Source of the DNA: a virus
Direction: 5' to 3' (one strand)
Virus record (IMG/VR): IMGVR_UViG_3300040801_003297
Length of the DNA stretch: 46,788 bases
The notes beneath the pieces are model-generated. The model was not told the origin of the DNA. It ran no database searches and saw nothing but the letters and a program-made list of their open reading frames with translations. This document shows, piece by piece, positions 34,504 to 41,495 of the stretch. A program made the translations under genes and the position numbers. Position 1 is the first letter of the stretch; each line of letters starts with the position of its first letter.

Positions 34504-34550
34504 GATTTCGTCCTTTCCGGTTGGGGGTCATTCCCCGTTTGCATGTGATC

Positions 34551-34592
34551 ATTCTACTGCTTCTCGCGAAGTAGTACACTGTTTTTCACGAA
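34551..34592 (-). promoter_or_regulatory. Early promoter-operator cassette, copy E
   Basis: Minus strand: TTCGTGAAAAACAGTGTACTACTTCGCGAGAAGCAGTAGAAT. Confidence 0.65.
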
Positions 34593-34599
34593 AAAGATG

Positions 34600-34623
34600 A
34601 AAAAAAAGGAGCCCGAAGGCTCC
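34600..34623 (-). terminator. Rho-independent terminator (UUCG loop)
   Basis: Minus strand: ggagcc-ttcg-ggctcc followed by tttttttt. Confidence 0.8.
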
Positions 34624-34647
34624 AAGGGGCTGGCAGGCCCTGGGTTG

Positions 34648-35535
34648 TCAGGCGGCGAGTGCCAGTGTCTTCTTAAAGGTCGGTGAGACCAGCGTCTCCC
34701 GGACTCGCTCCTCGCGGCGGAACTTTGCAGCCGCTGCGTTCTCGTGCGACTTCTTATCCACGTCCCAGTGAGTGGAGAAGTGCGTCAGGGTATTGTACAA
34801 CGCCCAACCGGTCGTGCCCATCGTTGTTTTGTGAGTGACCCATGACTCGAAGAGAGCCTTCATCGCCCGAGGCATGTCGTCCTTGTTGCTGGGCAGACCG
34901 AGCCGCTTCGCTTCCGTGTTACGGCTGGCGTGAGCCAACGCGTCGTACGCCTGTGAGTCGGTTACCTTGGCGACGCGCAGCTTTTCGAACCACTCACGTG
35001 ATTGCTCGAATGAGTCCAGCACTCGGGAGATGTGCTTGCCCGCCAGCTTCACATCGAGGCTAGGAACGTGCTTCGACTTGAAGTAGCTGATGTTGTCCCC
35101 CATGACTTGCCCGTTAGAGCAGACGAAGCGGTAACCGCCGGCCTGAACGCTGAACGCCGTTGACCCGTCATACGAGTTCTTAGCGATGATGCGCAGCGCG
35201 GTGGGGTCGTTCTCACCGATTTGGATCTGGTGAGCGGGGAGGATCAGCTGGGCGAATGTGCGTGCGCCTTCGTGGCTGAACTCGGTTTCGACCTTGGCGC
35301 CGTCGAGGTTCAAATCAGAGCGACCGAGGATGTCGACGAATGAAGTGAACACCTCCTCGTTGGTCACGGTCTTGTACTTCTCACCAACCACTGCGATGGG
35401 CTGGCCCGTCTCGGCGGCGACGATTACCTTCTTGCCGGGGACCTGAATGCCGCCCATGGTCGTGAGGCGTTCTTCGCGTACCTTGAAGAAAGAAGACGAG
35501 AGGGATTCGGTGATTGCGTTGAGTGCAGCTGTCAT
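34648..35535 (-). CDS. DUF932-like protein (phage/plasmid family, function unknown)
   Basis: Start at ATG 35535 (MTAALNAITES...). AKNSYDGSTAFSVQAGGYRFVCSNGQVMGD matches the DUF932 core as I remember it. Confidence 0.7.
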   Translation of the reverse strand: MTAALNAITESLSSSFFKVREERLTTMGGIQVPGKKVIVAAETGQPIAVVGEKYKTVTNEEVFTSFVDILGRSDLNLDGAKVETEFSHEGARTFAQLILPAHQIQIGENDPTALRIIAKNSYDGSTAFSVQAGGYRFVCSNGQVMGDNISYFKSKHVPSLDVKLAGKHISRVLDSFEQSREWFEKLRVAKVTDSQAYDALAHASRNTEAKRLGLPSNKDDMPRAMKALFESWVTHKTTMGTTGWALYNTLTHFSTHWDVDKKSHENAAAAKFRREERVRETLVSPTFKKTLALAA

Positions 35536-35592
35536 GTCATAGTCCTTTTGGTTTGGTTCGGATCCGGAGACCATTCCCCGATTCACGAGCCC

Positions 35593-35633
35593 ATACTACT
35601 ATGACTTCGTGAGTTAGTACACTACTTTGCGAA
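35593..35633 (-). promoter_or_regulatory. Early promoter-operator cassette, copy F (divergent; -10 is TAGTAT)
   Basis: Minus strand: TTCGCAAAGTAGTGTACTAACTCACGAAGTCATAGTAGTAT. It overlaps the 3' end of the deaminase gene. Confidence 0.5.
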
Positions 35634-36060
35634 CCCACTCGCGAGCATTTTCGCCACTTGCCAACCATAGCTCTCGCGCGTGGATGTGAGTGTACTCGTC
35701 AGCGTAGACGATCCTCTTGGCTGAGGTGTTCATCAGCAGCTTAACGCAGCCGACGCAAGGCGAGGTCGTGCAGTAGACGGACCAGATCTGGTGGACGTCG
35801 CTACACTGGAGAAGCGCGTTGGCCTCGGCATGTATTGCCTCGCATAATTCTAGGCCGGTGCCTGAGGGCAAATGGGCGCCCGGACAGGCCCTGTCTATAC
35901 AGTGCGTCTGGCCTGCCGCGACGCCGTTGTACCCGGTAGCGAGCACGTGGAGCCGCTCGTTAATCAGGATGCACCCTACTTCCCGCCTCCGGCACGTAGC
36001 CCGCGTAGCAACCTCTCTAGCCAGCCTGAGGAAGTACGTATCGACATCTGGCCTGCTCAT
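35614..36060 (-). CDS. dCMP deaminase (cytidine/deoxycytidylate deaminase zinc-binding fold)
   Basis: VGCILINE...LATGYNG, HAEANAL and PCVGCVKLL (H-A-E and PCxxC zinc motifs). ATG at 36060 is preferred over GTG at 36069. Confidence 0.85.
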   Translation of the reverse strand: MSRPDVDTYFLRLAREVATRATCRRREVGCILINERLHVLATGYNGVAAGQTHCIDRACPGAHLPSGTGLELCEAIHAEANALLQCSDVHQIWSVYCTTSPCVGCVKLLMNTSAKRIVYADEYTHIHARELWLASGENAREWVRKVVY

Positions 36061-36125
36061 GCCAGCCACCGGAAAAAGACGACCAGAGCCGCCGTGAGGG
36101 CTATCGTGGCGAGTAGTCCTAGCAT
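36057..36125 (-). CDS. Possible 22-aa transmembrane micro-ORF
   Basis: Own translation: MLGLLATIALTAALVVFFRWLA. Its stop TGA overlaps the deaminase ATG (ATGA). No clear RBS. Confidence 0.2.
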   Translation of the reverse strand: MLGLLATIALTAALVVFFRWLA

Positions 36126-36138
36126 CGGCTCGCTGTGC

Positions 36139-36429
36139 TCATTGAGATCCATCGTCCGTCCTCCCTTCGGGGTGATCCTCAGGTCGGTACCTGTTGGCGA
36201 GATAGTAGGCGTGCTGCCCGCACTCCGAGATCACTTCGGCTGAATCGTTGTAGTGCCCGGCGCGGACAGTCTCTTTCGCCAGTTGCATGCACTGGACGAA
36301 AAGGCGCTCCCGGTATGCGCCGTAGCCTCTTTGGCGTGTCGGGTTGGTGTTCTCGCCGCAAGCAGTCAGTAACACGATCAGCAGCACTACGAGAATCGAG
36401 ATCAATGTGGATCGTCTAAACATAGTCAT
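36139..36429 (-). CDS. Small lipoprotein (hypothetical)
   Basis: MTMFRRSTLISILVVLLIVLLTACGENT has a signal peptide with lipobox LTAC. The ATG shares one base with the upstream stop. Confidence 0.6.
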   Translation of the reverse strand: MTMFRRSTLISILVVLLIVLLTACGENTNPTRQRGYGAYRERLFVQCMQLAKETVRAGHYNDSAEVISECGQHAYYLANRYRPEDHPEGRTDDGSQ

Positions 36430-36632
36430 CACCTGTCGAACATCTGCGAAAGCACGTGCTTCGCTCCTCTGTCAAACGGCGTGGGATCCATCGGGTCGTT
36501 AACGTGGTCCCAGGCCTCATGAGCGAGTCCTTCTGCCATTTGCTCCTGCGCCCACTCTACGCCTGCCAGCCACTCTTTTTTGTAGTTGCGGTTGCGGTAC
36601 CAGTGGACAAATCCTCGTATGAAATTGATCAT
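36429..36632 (-). CDS. Hypothetical 67-aa protein
   Basis: ATGA overlap with the upstream gene; no motif. Confidence 0.5.
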   Translation of the reverse strand: MINFIRGFVHWYRNRNYKKEWLAGVEWAQEQMAEGLAHEAWDHVNDPMDPTPFDRGAKHVLSQMFDR

Positions 36633-36823
36633 AGCGAAATGTCCATGATCGCGTCACGAAGTTCTTCGGTGCGCTCGCCTTTGTTGAACCTGTCGCGACA
36701 CGGCGTGATTGCGAAAGCCATAGCGAACAGTCCTGCCGACCCGGTTTCGGCGTAAGCTTTTTCGCAAGCTTCTAAGCGCTCTTCGACTGCTACCCAGTCT
36801 ATGTTGTGGATGTCGTTTTTCAT
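36629..36823 (-). CDS. Hypothetical 64-aa protein
   Basis: ATG 36823 (MKNDIHNIDW...) forms an ATGA overlap with the SEC-C protein stop. Confidence 0.5.
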   Translation of the reverse strand: MKNDIHNIDWVAVEERLEACEKAYAETGSAGLFAMAFAITPCRDRFNKGERTEELRDAIMDISL

Positions 36824-37044
36824 CAGGCATACCCGCTCCAGCAGCATCGTTTGAACTTTTTACCGGACCCACAGACGCAGGGCTTGTTGCGCATGCTGTT
36901 CTTGCGTCGCTTCGCCCCCATCGGCTGCAGTTCTTCGAACTCGCGTTCGCTTAAGGGGAGCAGTCTCCGGCCCTCGCTTTCGGCGCGGCGCGCAGCTGCG
37001 GCTAATCCTACGCCTTGATGAATCGTTCCTCGTTTTACGTCCAT
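36823..37044 (-). CDS. Small SEC-C motif protein
   Basis: C-terminus KPCVCGSGKKFKRCCW is the SEC-C metal-binding motif; RBS is AGGAG. Confidence 0.6.
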   Translation of the reverse strand: MDVKRGTIHQGVGLAAAARRAESEGRRLLPLSEREFEELQPMGAKRRKNSMRNKPCVCGSGKKFKRCCWSGYA

Positions 37045-37053
37045 AGCGATCTC

Positions 37054-37305
37054 CTAGTTAATTTCATGCGCCGGCACGTCCGGCATCCCTTGACTCCAAT
37101 GCTCAAGCAAAGCCTTCAGAGCGTCAGCGACCGCCTTGCGCTCGCAGTTCGATATATAGCTGCATCGGCTGTCGTCAGTCGTCTGGAAAACGACTAGCGC
37201 GAACCCAATGTCGTCGCGGCCTGATACTTTTTGCAGATCGCGGCTTATCCGCTTCGCGAGTGTTTGAAGCTGCTTCGACACAGCTCGGTCTGTCTGGTTA
37301 GTCAT
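37054..37305 (-). CDS. Hypothetical 83-aa protein
   Basis: ATG-initiated ORF in an operon context; no motif. Confidence 0.5.
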   Translation of the reverse strand: MTNQTDRAVSKQLQTLAKRISRDLQKVSGRDDIGFALVVFQTTDDSRCSYISNCERKAVADALKALLEHWSQGMPDVPAHEIN

Positions 37306-37306
37306 G

Positions 37307-37480
37307 CTATTTCGCCCTCGGCCAGTAGTCTACCAGAATGTGACCGCACTCTTCGCATTGTTCGGTGCTGACGGTCTCGATGATTCCCATGTGACCGCAC
37401 TCCGGGCATTGCTGGTCCTTATGCGTGACGAGGATTCTGCCCGTGTCGATCGTGCCTGTGTCGTTCTGTCGGTACGTCAT
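37307..37480 (-). CDS. 57-aa zinc-ribbon protein
   Basis: MTYRQNDTGTIDTGRILVTHKDQQCPECGHMGIIETVSTEQCEECGHILVDYWPRAK has CPxC...CxxC. ATGA overlap with the hydroxymethylase stop. The rest of ORF-track entry 37307..38044 is an out-of-frame artefact. Confidence 0.55.
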   Translation of the reverse strand: MTYRQNDTGTIDTGRILVTHKDQQCPECGHMGIIETVSTEQCEECGHILVDYWPRAK

Positions 37481-38274
37481 CCTCTGCGCTCCTGCATCCA
37501 CGCCGCGAAAGGGTACTCTTCGTGACAGTAGTTCGTATCGCCTGTAGTAAGAAACGCGAACTCGACCGGATCGCGTGCTCGCGGCATCGGGATTTCGGTG
37601 TAGCCGTCGACGCCGTCTTGGACCAGCATGCTCAACATCTCGAAGTGCCGCTCGTAGACGTGGAACGAATCGACCTTGTGGGTGTAGGTGCCCATCGTCA
37701 AATCGGGATACGCCCTCTTGCGTAGCGCAGCCAGCACCGCCTCTTGGAGAAGTGAGAAACAGAAGACGTCGTTGGTCATGCCGAAGATCGCATCGTTGCT
37801 TCGCATCGAGACAGACATTTTCAGCGTGCCATTTCGGATCCTGAAGTTGAGACCGTAGGTGCACACCACGTCGGGATTGTCCTCGCGCAAGTGACCGCGG
37901 TTGAGCAGAACCATGCACGCCCGCCGGGAATCGGCATCGCGCATCAGCTCTTCGACGACCCATGCGAACTGACGCTGGCCGAAGATGTATTGCCCGTAGT
38001 TGGAGTTGAATCCCAGGTCCCTGGGATCTTTGATCTTCGCCCACATGGTGGCGTGCTTTTCGATGCTGGTGTCGTAGCGATCACCTCGCAGATACCAGAG
38101 GAACTCTTCGATGCAGTACGCAAGGTTGAGACCGCGAGCACGAAACGAAGTAAGACGCTCGTAGGGTGCCAGCGTGAATTGATAGTCCTCGAGCTCGAGT
38201 ATCGACTGACCTCTGGGTGAGCACGGTCGACCATGTTCAAGCAGATCTTCGTAAACTCTTAAAAAGTTCGACAT
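37477..38274 (-). CDS. ThyA-fold deoxynucleotide hydroxymethylase, T4 gp42-like (predicted dCMP hydroxymethylase)
   Basis: 265 aa. FNSNYGQYIF, ADSRRACMVLLN, VVCTYGLNFRIRNGTLKMSVSMRSNDAIFGMTNDVFCFSLL and FHVYERHF align without gaps to E. coli ThyA [9 protein letters not shown]...[20 protein letters not shown]. Catalytic Cys is kept, His147 becomes Thr, and Asn177 becomes Asp, as in T4 gp42 (MCT... RSNDVVFGFRND). Confidence 0.8.
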   Translation of the reverse strand: MSNFLRVYEDLLEHGRPCSPRGQSILELEDYQFTLAPYERLTSFRARGLNLAYCIEEFLWYLRGDRYDTSIEKHATMWAKIKDPRDLGFNSNYGQYIFGQRQFAWVVEELMRDADSRRACMVLLNRGHLREDNPDVVCTYGLNFRIRNGTLKMSVSMRSNDAIFGMTNDVFCFSLLQEAVLAALRKRAYPDLTMGTYTHKVDSFHVYERHFEMLSMLVQDGVDGYTEIPMPRARDPVEFAFLTTGDTNYCHEEYPFAAWMQERRG

Positions 38275-38767
38275 TGAGCAAGTCCTCTTCGGAATCCTGG
38301 GTGTAATCGTACCGCACGACGTTCGCGTTTCGGTACAGCGTAGAATCGAATGTCGCGTCGTAAAGAATGCGTAGTCTCTCCAAGCTGGCTTCGATGTCAG
38401 CGACGTATTCCGGTGTGTCGTACACCTCGGGCTCGTGCTTGACTTTGTCTAGATCGCCGACGCGACAATAGATGATAAGCGGCGCCACTTCGTCGAGGAG
38501 CTTGCGCTGCGCCTCGTAGTATTCCACATCCGATACGAGTTGCCGGCCGAACACTAGACCGTAGATCGGCTCGCTGATTTGCGTGACGCGATCCTGAATG
38601 CAAGGGAGCTGCGCGCGTTTGAAGCACTCGTCCATGTCGGCACGAACGCCTCCGGGCGTGCCGGCGGATCGACCTATCGCGAAGATCGCCAGCTTAGGGA
38701 ATATGGTTGCAAGCCGAATCGACAATGAGCTCTTGCCCATGCCGTCTGGTCCTTCAAGTATGATCAT
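38237..38767 (-). CDS. P-loop dNMP kinase, thymidylate-kinase-like
   Basis: Start at the internal ATG 38767 (MIILEGPDGMGKSS Walker A, then a DRV..ISEPIYG Tmk-like DR motif). 14-nt overlap with the upstream gene and 38-nt overlap with the hydroxymethylase start. Confidence 0.7.
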   Translation of the reverse strand: MIILEGPDGMGKSSLSIRLATIFPKLAIFAIGRSAGTPGGVRADMDECFKRAQLPCIQDRVTQISEPIYGLVFGRQLVSDVEYYEAQRKLLDEVAPLIIYCRVGDLDKVKHEPEVYDTPEYVADIEASLERLRILYDATFDSTLYRNANVVRYDYTQDSEEDLLNVELFKSLRRSA

Positions 38768-39131
38768 TGGGTTGCGTCCAGGGAGAGAGGTCCGGGGATT
38801 CCCAGCCCTCAGGTTTACGGAGATCGAGCTCGAACCCACCGCGCTTGCCATTGGGCCCGAGCTCTTTCTTCATGTTGGCAAGGACGACTTCCCGGAACCC
38901 ATCCATCGGCAGGCCTTGGCGTTCAAGCGTACCGATGACAAACACCAGCAGATCCAACAGAGCGTCGTACTCGTCTTCGAGGTCGTCGGCGAGTAGATAC
39001 TCAGTCGCCTCTTCGATGAAGCACGCAAAGCGGAATCGCTTCTCGTCGAGTTCGAGATTGCGCGGCCCGCCTTCGTACTGGATACCGAAGAGACGATGCT
39101 GGTCCTTGACGAGGTTCAGTAAGTCGTCCAT
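38754..39131 (-). CDS. All-alpha NTP pyrophosphohydrolase (MazG/dimeric-dUTPase/dCTPase-like)
   Basis: 125 aa. FIEEATEYLLADDLEDEYDALLDLLVFVIGT (EExxE...D..D metal-binding helices) and VVLANMKKELGPNGKRGG...KPEGWESPDL are typical of phage MazG-like enzymes. Confidence 0.7.
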   Translation of the reverse strand: MDDLLNLVKDQHRLFGIQYEGGPRNLELDEKRFRFACFIEEATEYLLADDLEDEYDALLDLLVFVIGTLERQGLPMDGFREVVLANMKKELGPNGKRGGFELDLRKPEGWESPDLSPWTQPNDHT

Positions 39132-39135
39132 GGGG

Positions 39136-39447
39136 TTACGCCGCTTTCTTCTTGGGCGCGACGTAGGCGTTGAGCAGTCCGGCGTCGTACGCGTCGGCGA
39201 TCATGTTCTGAGCCGTCGCAGCCGAGTCGGCCACTTTCACGATCGTGGTCAGGAACAGACTGATCTGCCCTTTACGCACGAACCCCTCGCCTGATGCCAG
39301 GGCGATTACCTTGGCGGCATGCACGACGTGCTCGTCAGGAGTCGACGGCGCTTTGCCACCGCCCTTGACAGTGAGCTTCGCCGGGATCTTGCCTTCATCT
39401 GCAGTCGCTGCGTCGGCTGCCTTGGGTGCTGCTTTCTTCTTAGCCAT
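39136..39447 (-). CDS. Hypothetical 103-aa protein with Lys/Ala-rich termini (possible DNA-binding or histone-like)
   Basis: Starts MAKKKAAPKAADAATADEGK and ends YVAPKKKAA; RBS AAGGAG. Confidence 0.55.
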   Translation of the reverse strand: MAKKKAAPKAADAATADEGKIPAKLTVKGGGKAPSTPDEHVVHAAKVIALASGEGFVRKGQISLFLTTIVKVADSAATAQNMIADAYDAGLLNAYVAPKKKAA

Positions 39448-39495
39448 GAGAATCTCCTTGAGTCAGTGGCTTCTTACAATTACCCGGGATGGGTA

Positions 39496-40074
39496 CTACT
39501 TACGACGGCCCGACGGGCGCGCCTTCTTTCGACCTGCCGACTTGACGTCAGCGAAGTCATCTTCCGCGGCAGGCGCAGTGGCACCTAGAGGCTCGTCGTC
39601 TCTTACCTTCATGACGTTGTCGAGCGAGAAGGTCACACCTTTGCCGCCTGTCTTGTGCTCCCACGCGTAGGGCCGAATCGAACACCGGTACCACGCGCCG
39701 CTGTACAGTTCCTCTTGCTGGTCCATCTCATCGATGGCGTCGAGGTCGGCGTCGACGATACCCGGCTTGCGCTTGTTGCCGAGGTTGACGCAGACCATAC
39801 CGTCGAACTCGCCTGCCTCGCTAATGTCCTCGCCATCGCGCAGCGGACTGCGAAGCTTGCGAGGCACTTCACCGAATTTCTCCTCGGCGACCTCGTCTAC
39901 CCAGTCTTCGAGCAGTTCGATGTACTCGCCTTGCTCAGGGTCTTCGGGGTCGAGGACCATCAACAGCGAGTACTTAAGGTCGGCATCTTCGGAGATGCGG
40001 TCGGGTTTAGCCAAGTGCACGAAGCTGGCTCGGAACTCCGGCGTGTGCCGGCGTGGATCTTTGGGGTCTGACAT
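39496..40074 (-). CDS. ssDNA-binding protein, DUF2815 / T7 gp2.5-like
   Basis: 192 aa. FRASFVHLAKP...LKYSLLMVL...SPLRDGEDI...NKRKPGIVD...LYSGAWYRCSIRPYAWEHKTGGKGVTFSLDNVMKV matches the DUF2815 pattern. Confidence 0.75.
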   Translation of the reverse strand: MSDPKDPRRHTPEFRASFVHLAKPDRISEDADLKYSLLMVLDPEDPEQGEYIELLEDWVDEVAEEKFGEVPRKLRSPLRDGEDISEAGEFDGMVCVNLGNKRKPGIVDADLDAIDEMDQQEELYSGAWYRCSIRPYAWEHKTGGKGVTFSLDNVMKVRDDEPLGATAPAAEDDFADVKSAGRKKARPSGRRK

Positions 40075-40134
40075 TTGCAGTCTCCTGAACGTAAAGAAGG
40101 ACCCGTCGTGATGACCGGGCCCGGGGTTGTGGCC

Positions 40135-40572
40135 TTATGCGCGGCCGGCTTTTTGCACGCTGTAGAGGCGGGTGGCGCCGTCTCGCGTTTGCTTGAGTAC
40201 CTCGTCACTGGCAAGGCCGAACTTCTCACCGCGGTTGCGGATCAAGTAGAGGTCGCCCGTGATGTTCTTGTAGCTGGTGCCGAAGTGCTCGACCAAGAAG
40301 TTGACTGACGCCGGCCGTGATCGGATGATCTCGACAACCTGGGCGGTGCGGCCCGGCGTTTTCTTGGACTTAGGCTTCGCAGCAGGAGCCTCTTCTTCAG
40401 CCTGTACTTCCTCGGCTTCGGGGGCTTCGTCCGGCAGCTCGGCGATGAGCTTTTCCAGTCGGGCGATGCCTTTGGCTTTGCTGTCAAACTTCTTAATCGA
40501 CTTGCCGGTCAGCTCTTGGTAGAGGTCAACGAGGCCAGCCATGGTGAGAAGATTCAGGTCAATTGTTTTCAT
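40135..40572 (-). CDS. Hypothetical 145-aa protein (acidic linker; C-terminus possibly winged-helix); first gene of the long nucleotide-metabolism operon
   Basis: ATG 40572 behind the conserved RBS, driven by two tandem promoter cassettes. Confidence 0.55.
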   Translation of the reverse strand: MKTIDLNLLTMAGLVDLYQELTGKSIKKFDSKAKGIARLEKLIAELPDEAPEAEEVQAEEEAPAAKPKSKKTPGRTAQVVEIIRSRPASVNFLVEHFGTSYKNITGDLYLIRNRGEKFGLASDEVLKQTRDGATRLYSVQKAGRA

Positions 40573-40623
40573 GATTTCGTCCTTTCTTTTTCGGTTAGTG
40601 GAGGCCTTCGCCTCACCTGTTTA

Positions 40624-40663
40624 ATTGTACTGCTCATCGTGAGCTTGTACACTTTTTTGTGAT
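40624..40663 (-). promoter_or_regulatory. Early promoter-operator cassette, copy G1 (-10 is TACAAT)
   Basis: Minus strand: ATCACAAAAAAGTGTACAAGCTCACGATGAGCAGTACAAT. Confidence 0.5.
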
Positions 40664-40689
40664 TGGGTGGTTGCCCCGATCACATAAAC

Positions 40690-40732
40690 ATTCTACTGCT
40701 ACTTCGTGAAAGTGTACACTGTTTTTCGTGAA
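40690..40732 (-). promoter_or_regulatory. Early promoter-operator cassette, copy G2
   Basis: Minus strand: TTCACGAAAAACAGTGTACACTTTCACGAAGTAGCAGTAGAAT, about 65 bp upstream of G1. Confidence 0.65.
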
Positions 40733-40750
40733 ATAGTTGAAAAAAGTTGA

Positions 40751-40766
40751 GGGGCCCGGAGGCCCC
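40751..40766 (-). terminator. GC hairpin followed by a U-rich tract (terminator after the DUF2786 gene)
   Basis: Minus strand: ggggcc-tccg-ggcccc, then tcaacttttttcaac. Confidence 0.6.
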
Positions 40767-40772
40767 GTGGGA

Positions 40773-41495
40773 TCATGCCAGCCGGCGAGTATTCGCTGAG
40801 CTGTTGCCTACGCCTTGGCGGATGCGAACGTTGCTGCCGTCCTGTGTTCCGCGCTGGCGGTGGTGGTTGGCTCGAGCTCGGCGAGTGCTGTTCTGGTACT
40901 TGACGTTGAACTTCTTCGCCACGATGTCACGCTTGACGATCATGAGCTCAGTGCCGGTGGACACCTCGCGCTCGGCCTCTGCCTTCTCGCGGATCATTTC
41001 GCGGATCACTTGGAGGATGCCGGCCGCCAGCCCGTTGCGGTAGTCGTTGGTGTCGGCCCGCGTCAAGTGAGGGTTGTCGCGCTTGTACTTCGCTGAGAGC
41101 AACTCGACCTGAGAGCAGATGTAGTCGAAGACGTAGCCGCACACCTCAGGATCGCTGTCGACGCCCAGGAACTCGGCGACCTTCTCGATCGCGTTGGGAC
41201 CCGTGCCGTAGCGGCTCGTGTAGCGAACGTGGCAGTCGTGGAGTTCAGCGACCGGGACCAGCAGCATCGTGTACCAAGCCGGGATCCGACCGTAGCCGCG
41301 CTCGGCCTGTTGGGTGGTGGTGTCGTCCTGCGTGACGCCCTCTTTAAGACGTACCGCCGAGCTATCCAAGTTGTACTTCTGCATCAGCTTGCTGGCACGC
41401 GTCGCTGCGATGGCGGCTTCATGCGGGCTCGAGGAGTCTTCGCTCATCGCCAGCAGCTTGCGGATGCGGTCAAGAATCTTTGCTTTGTTTTCCAT
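40773..41495 (-). CDS. DUF2786-like protein
   Basis: Start at ATG 41495. MENKAKILDRIRKLLAMSEDSSSPHEAAIAATRASKLMQKYNLD is the DUF2786 N-terminal signature. Confidence 0.7.
   Translation of the reverse strand: MENKAKILDRIRKLLAMSEDSSSPHEAAIAATRASKLMQKYNLDSSAVRLKEGVTQDDTTTQQAERGYGRIPAWYTMLLVPVAELHDCHVRYTSRYGTGPNAIEKVAEFLGVDSDPEVCGYVFDYICSQVELLSAKYKRDNPHLTRADTNDYRNGLAAGILQVIREMIREKAEAEREVSTGTELMIVKRDIVAKKFNVKYQNSTRRARANHHRQRGTQDGSNVRIRQGVGNSSANTRRLA

Noticed and set aside
37307-38044. 245-aa minus-strand ORF overlapping the hydroxymethylase in another frame
   Set aside because: Only its last 57 codons (the zinc-ribbon protein from ATG 37480) lie outside the hydroxymethylase gene and have a coupled start. 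The upstream part is an out-of-frame, Arg-rich artefact.
37477-38274. Annotation as a canonical thymidylate synthase (ThyA)
   Set aside because: Residues at the His147 and Asn177 positions are Thr and Asp, as in T4 dCMP hydroxymethylase. The folate/hydride-transfer region is divergent, and the operon context matches a dC-replacement pathway.
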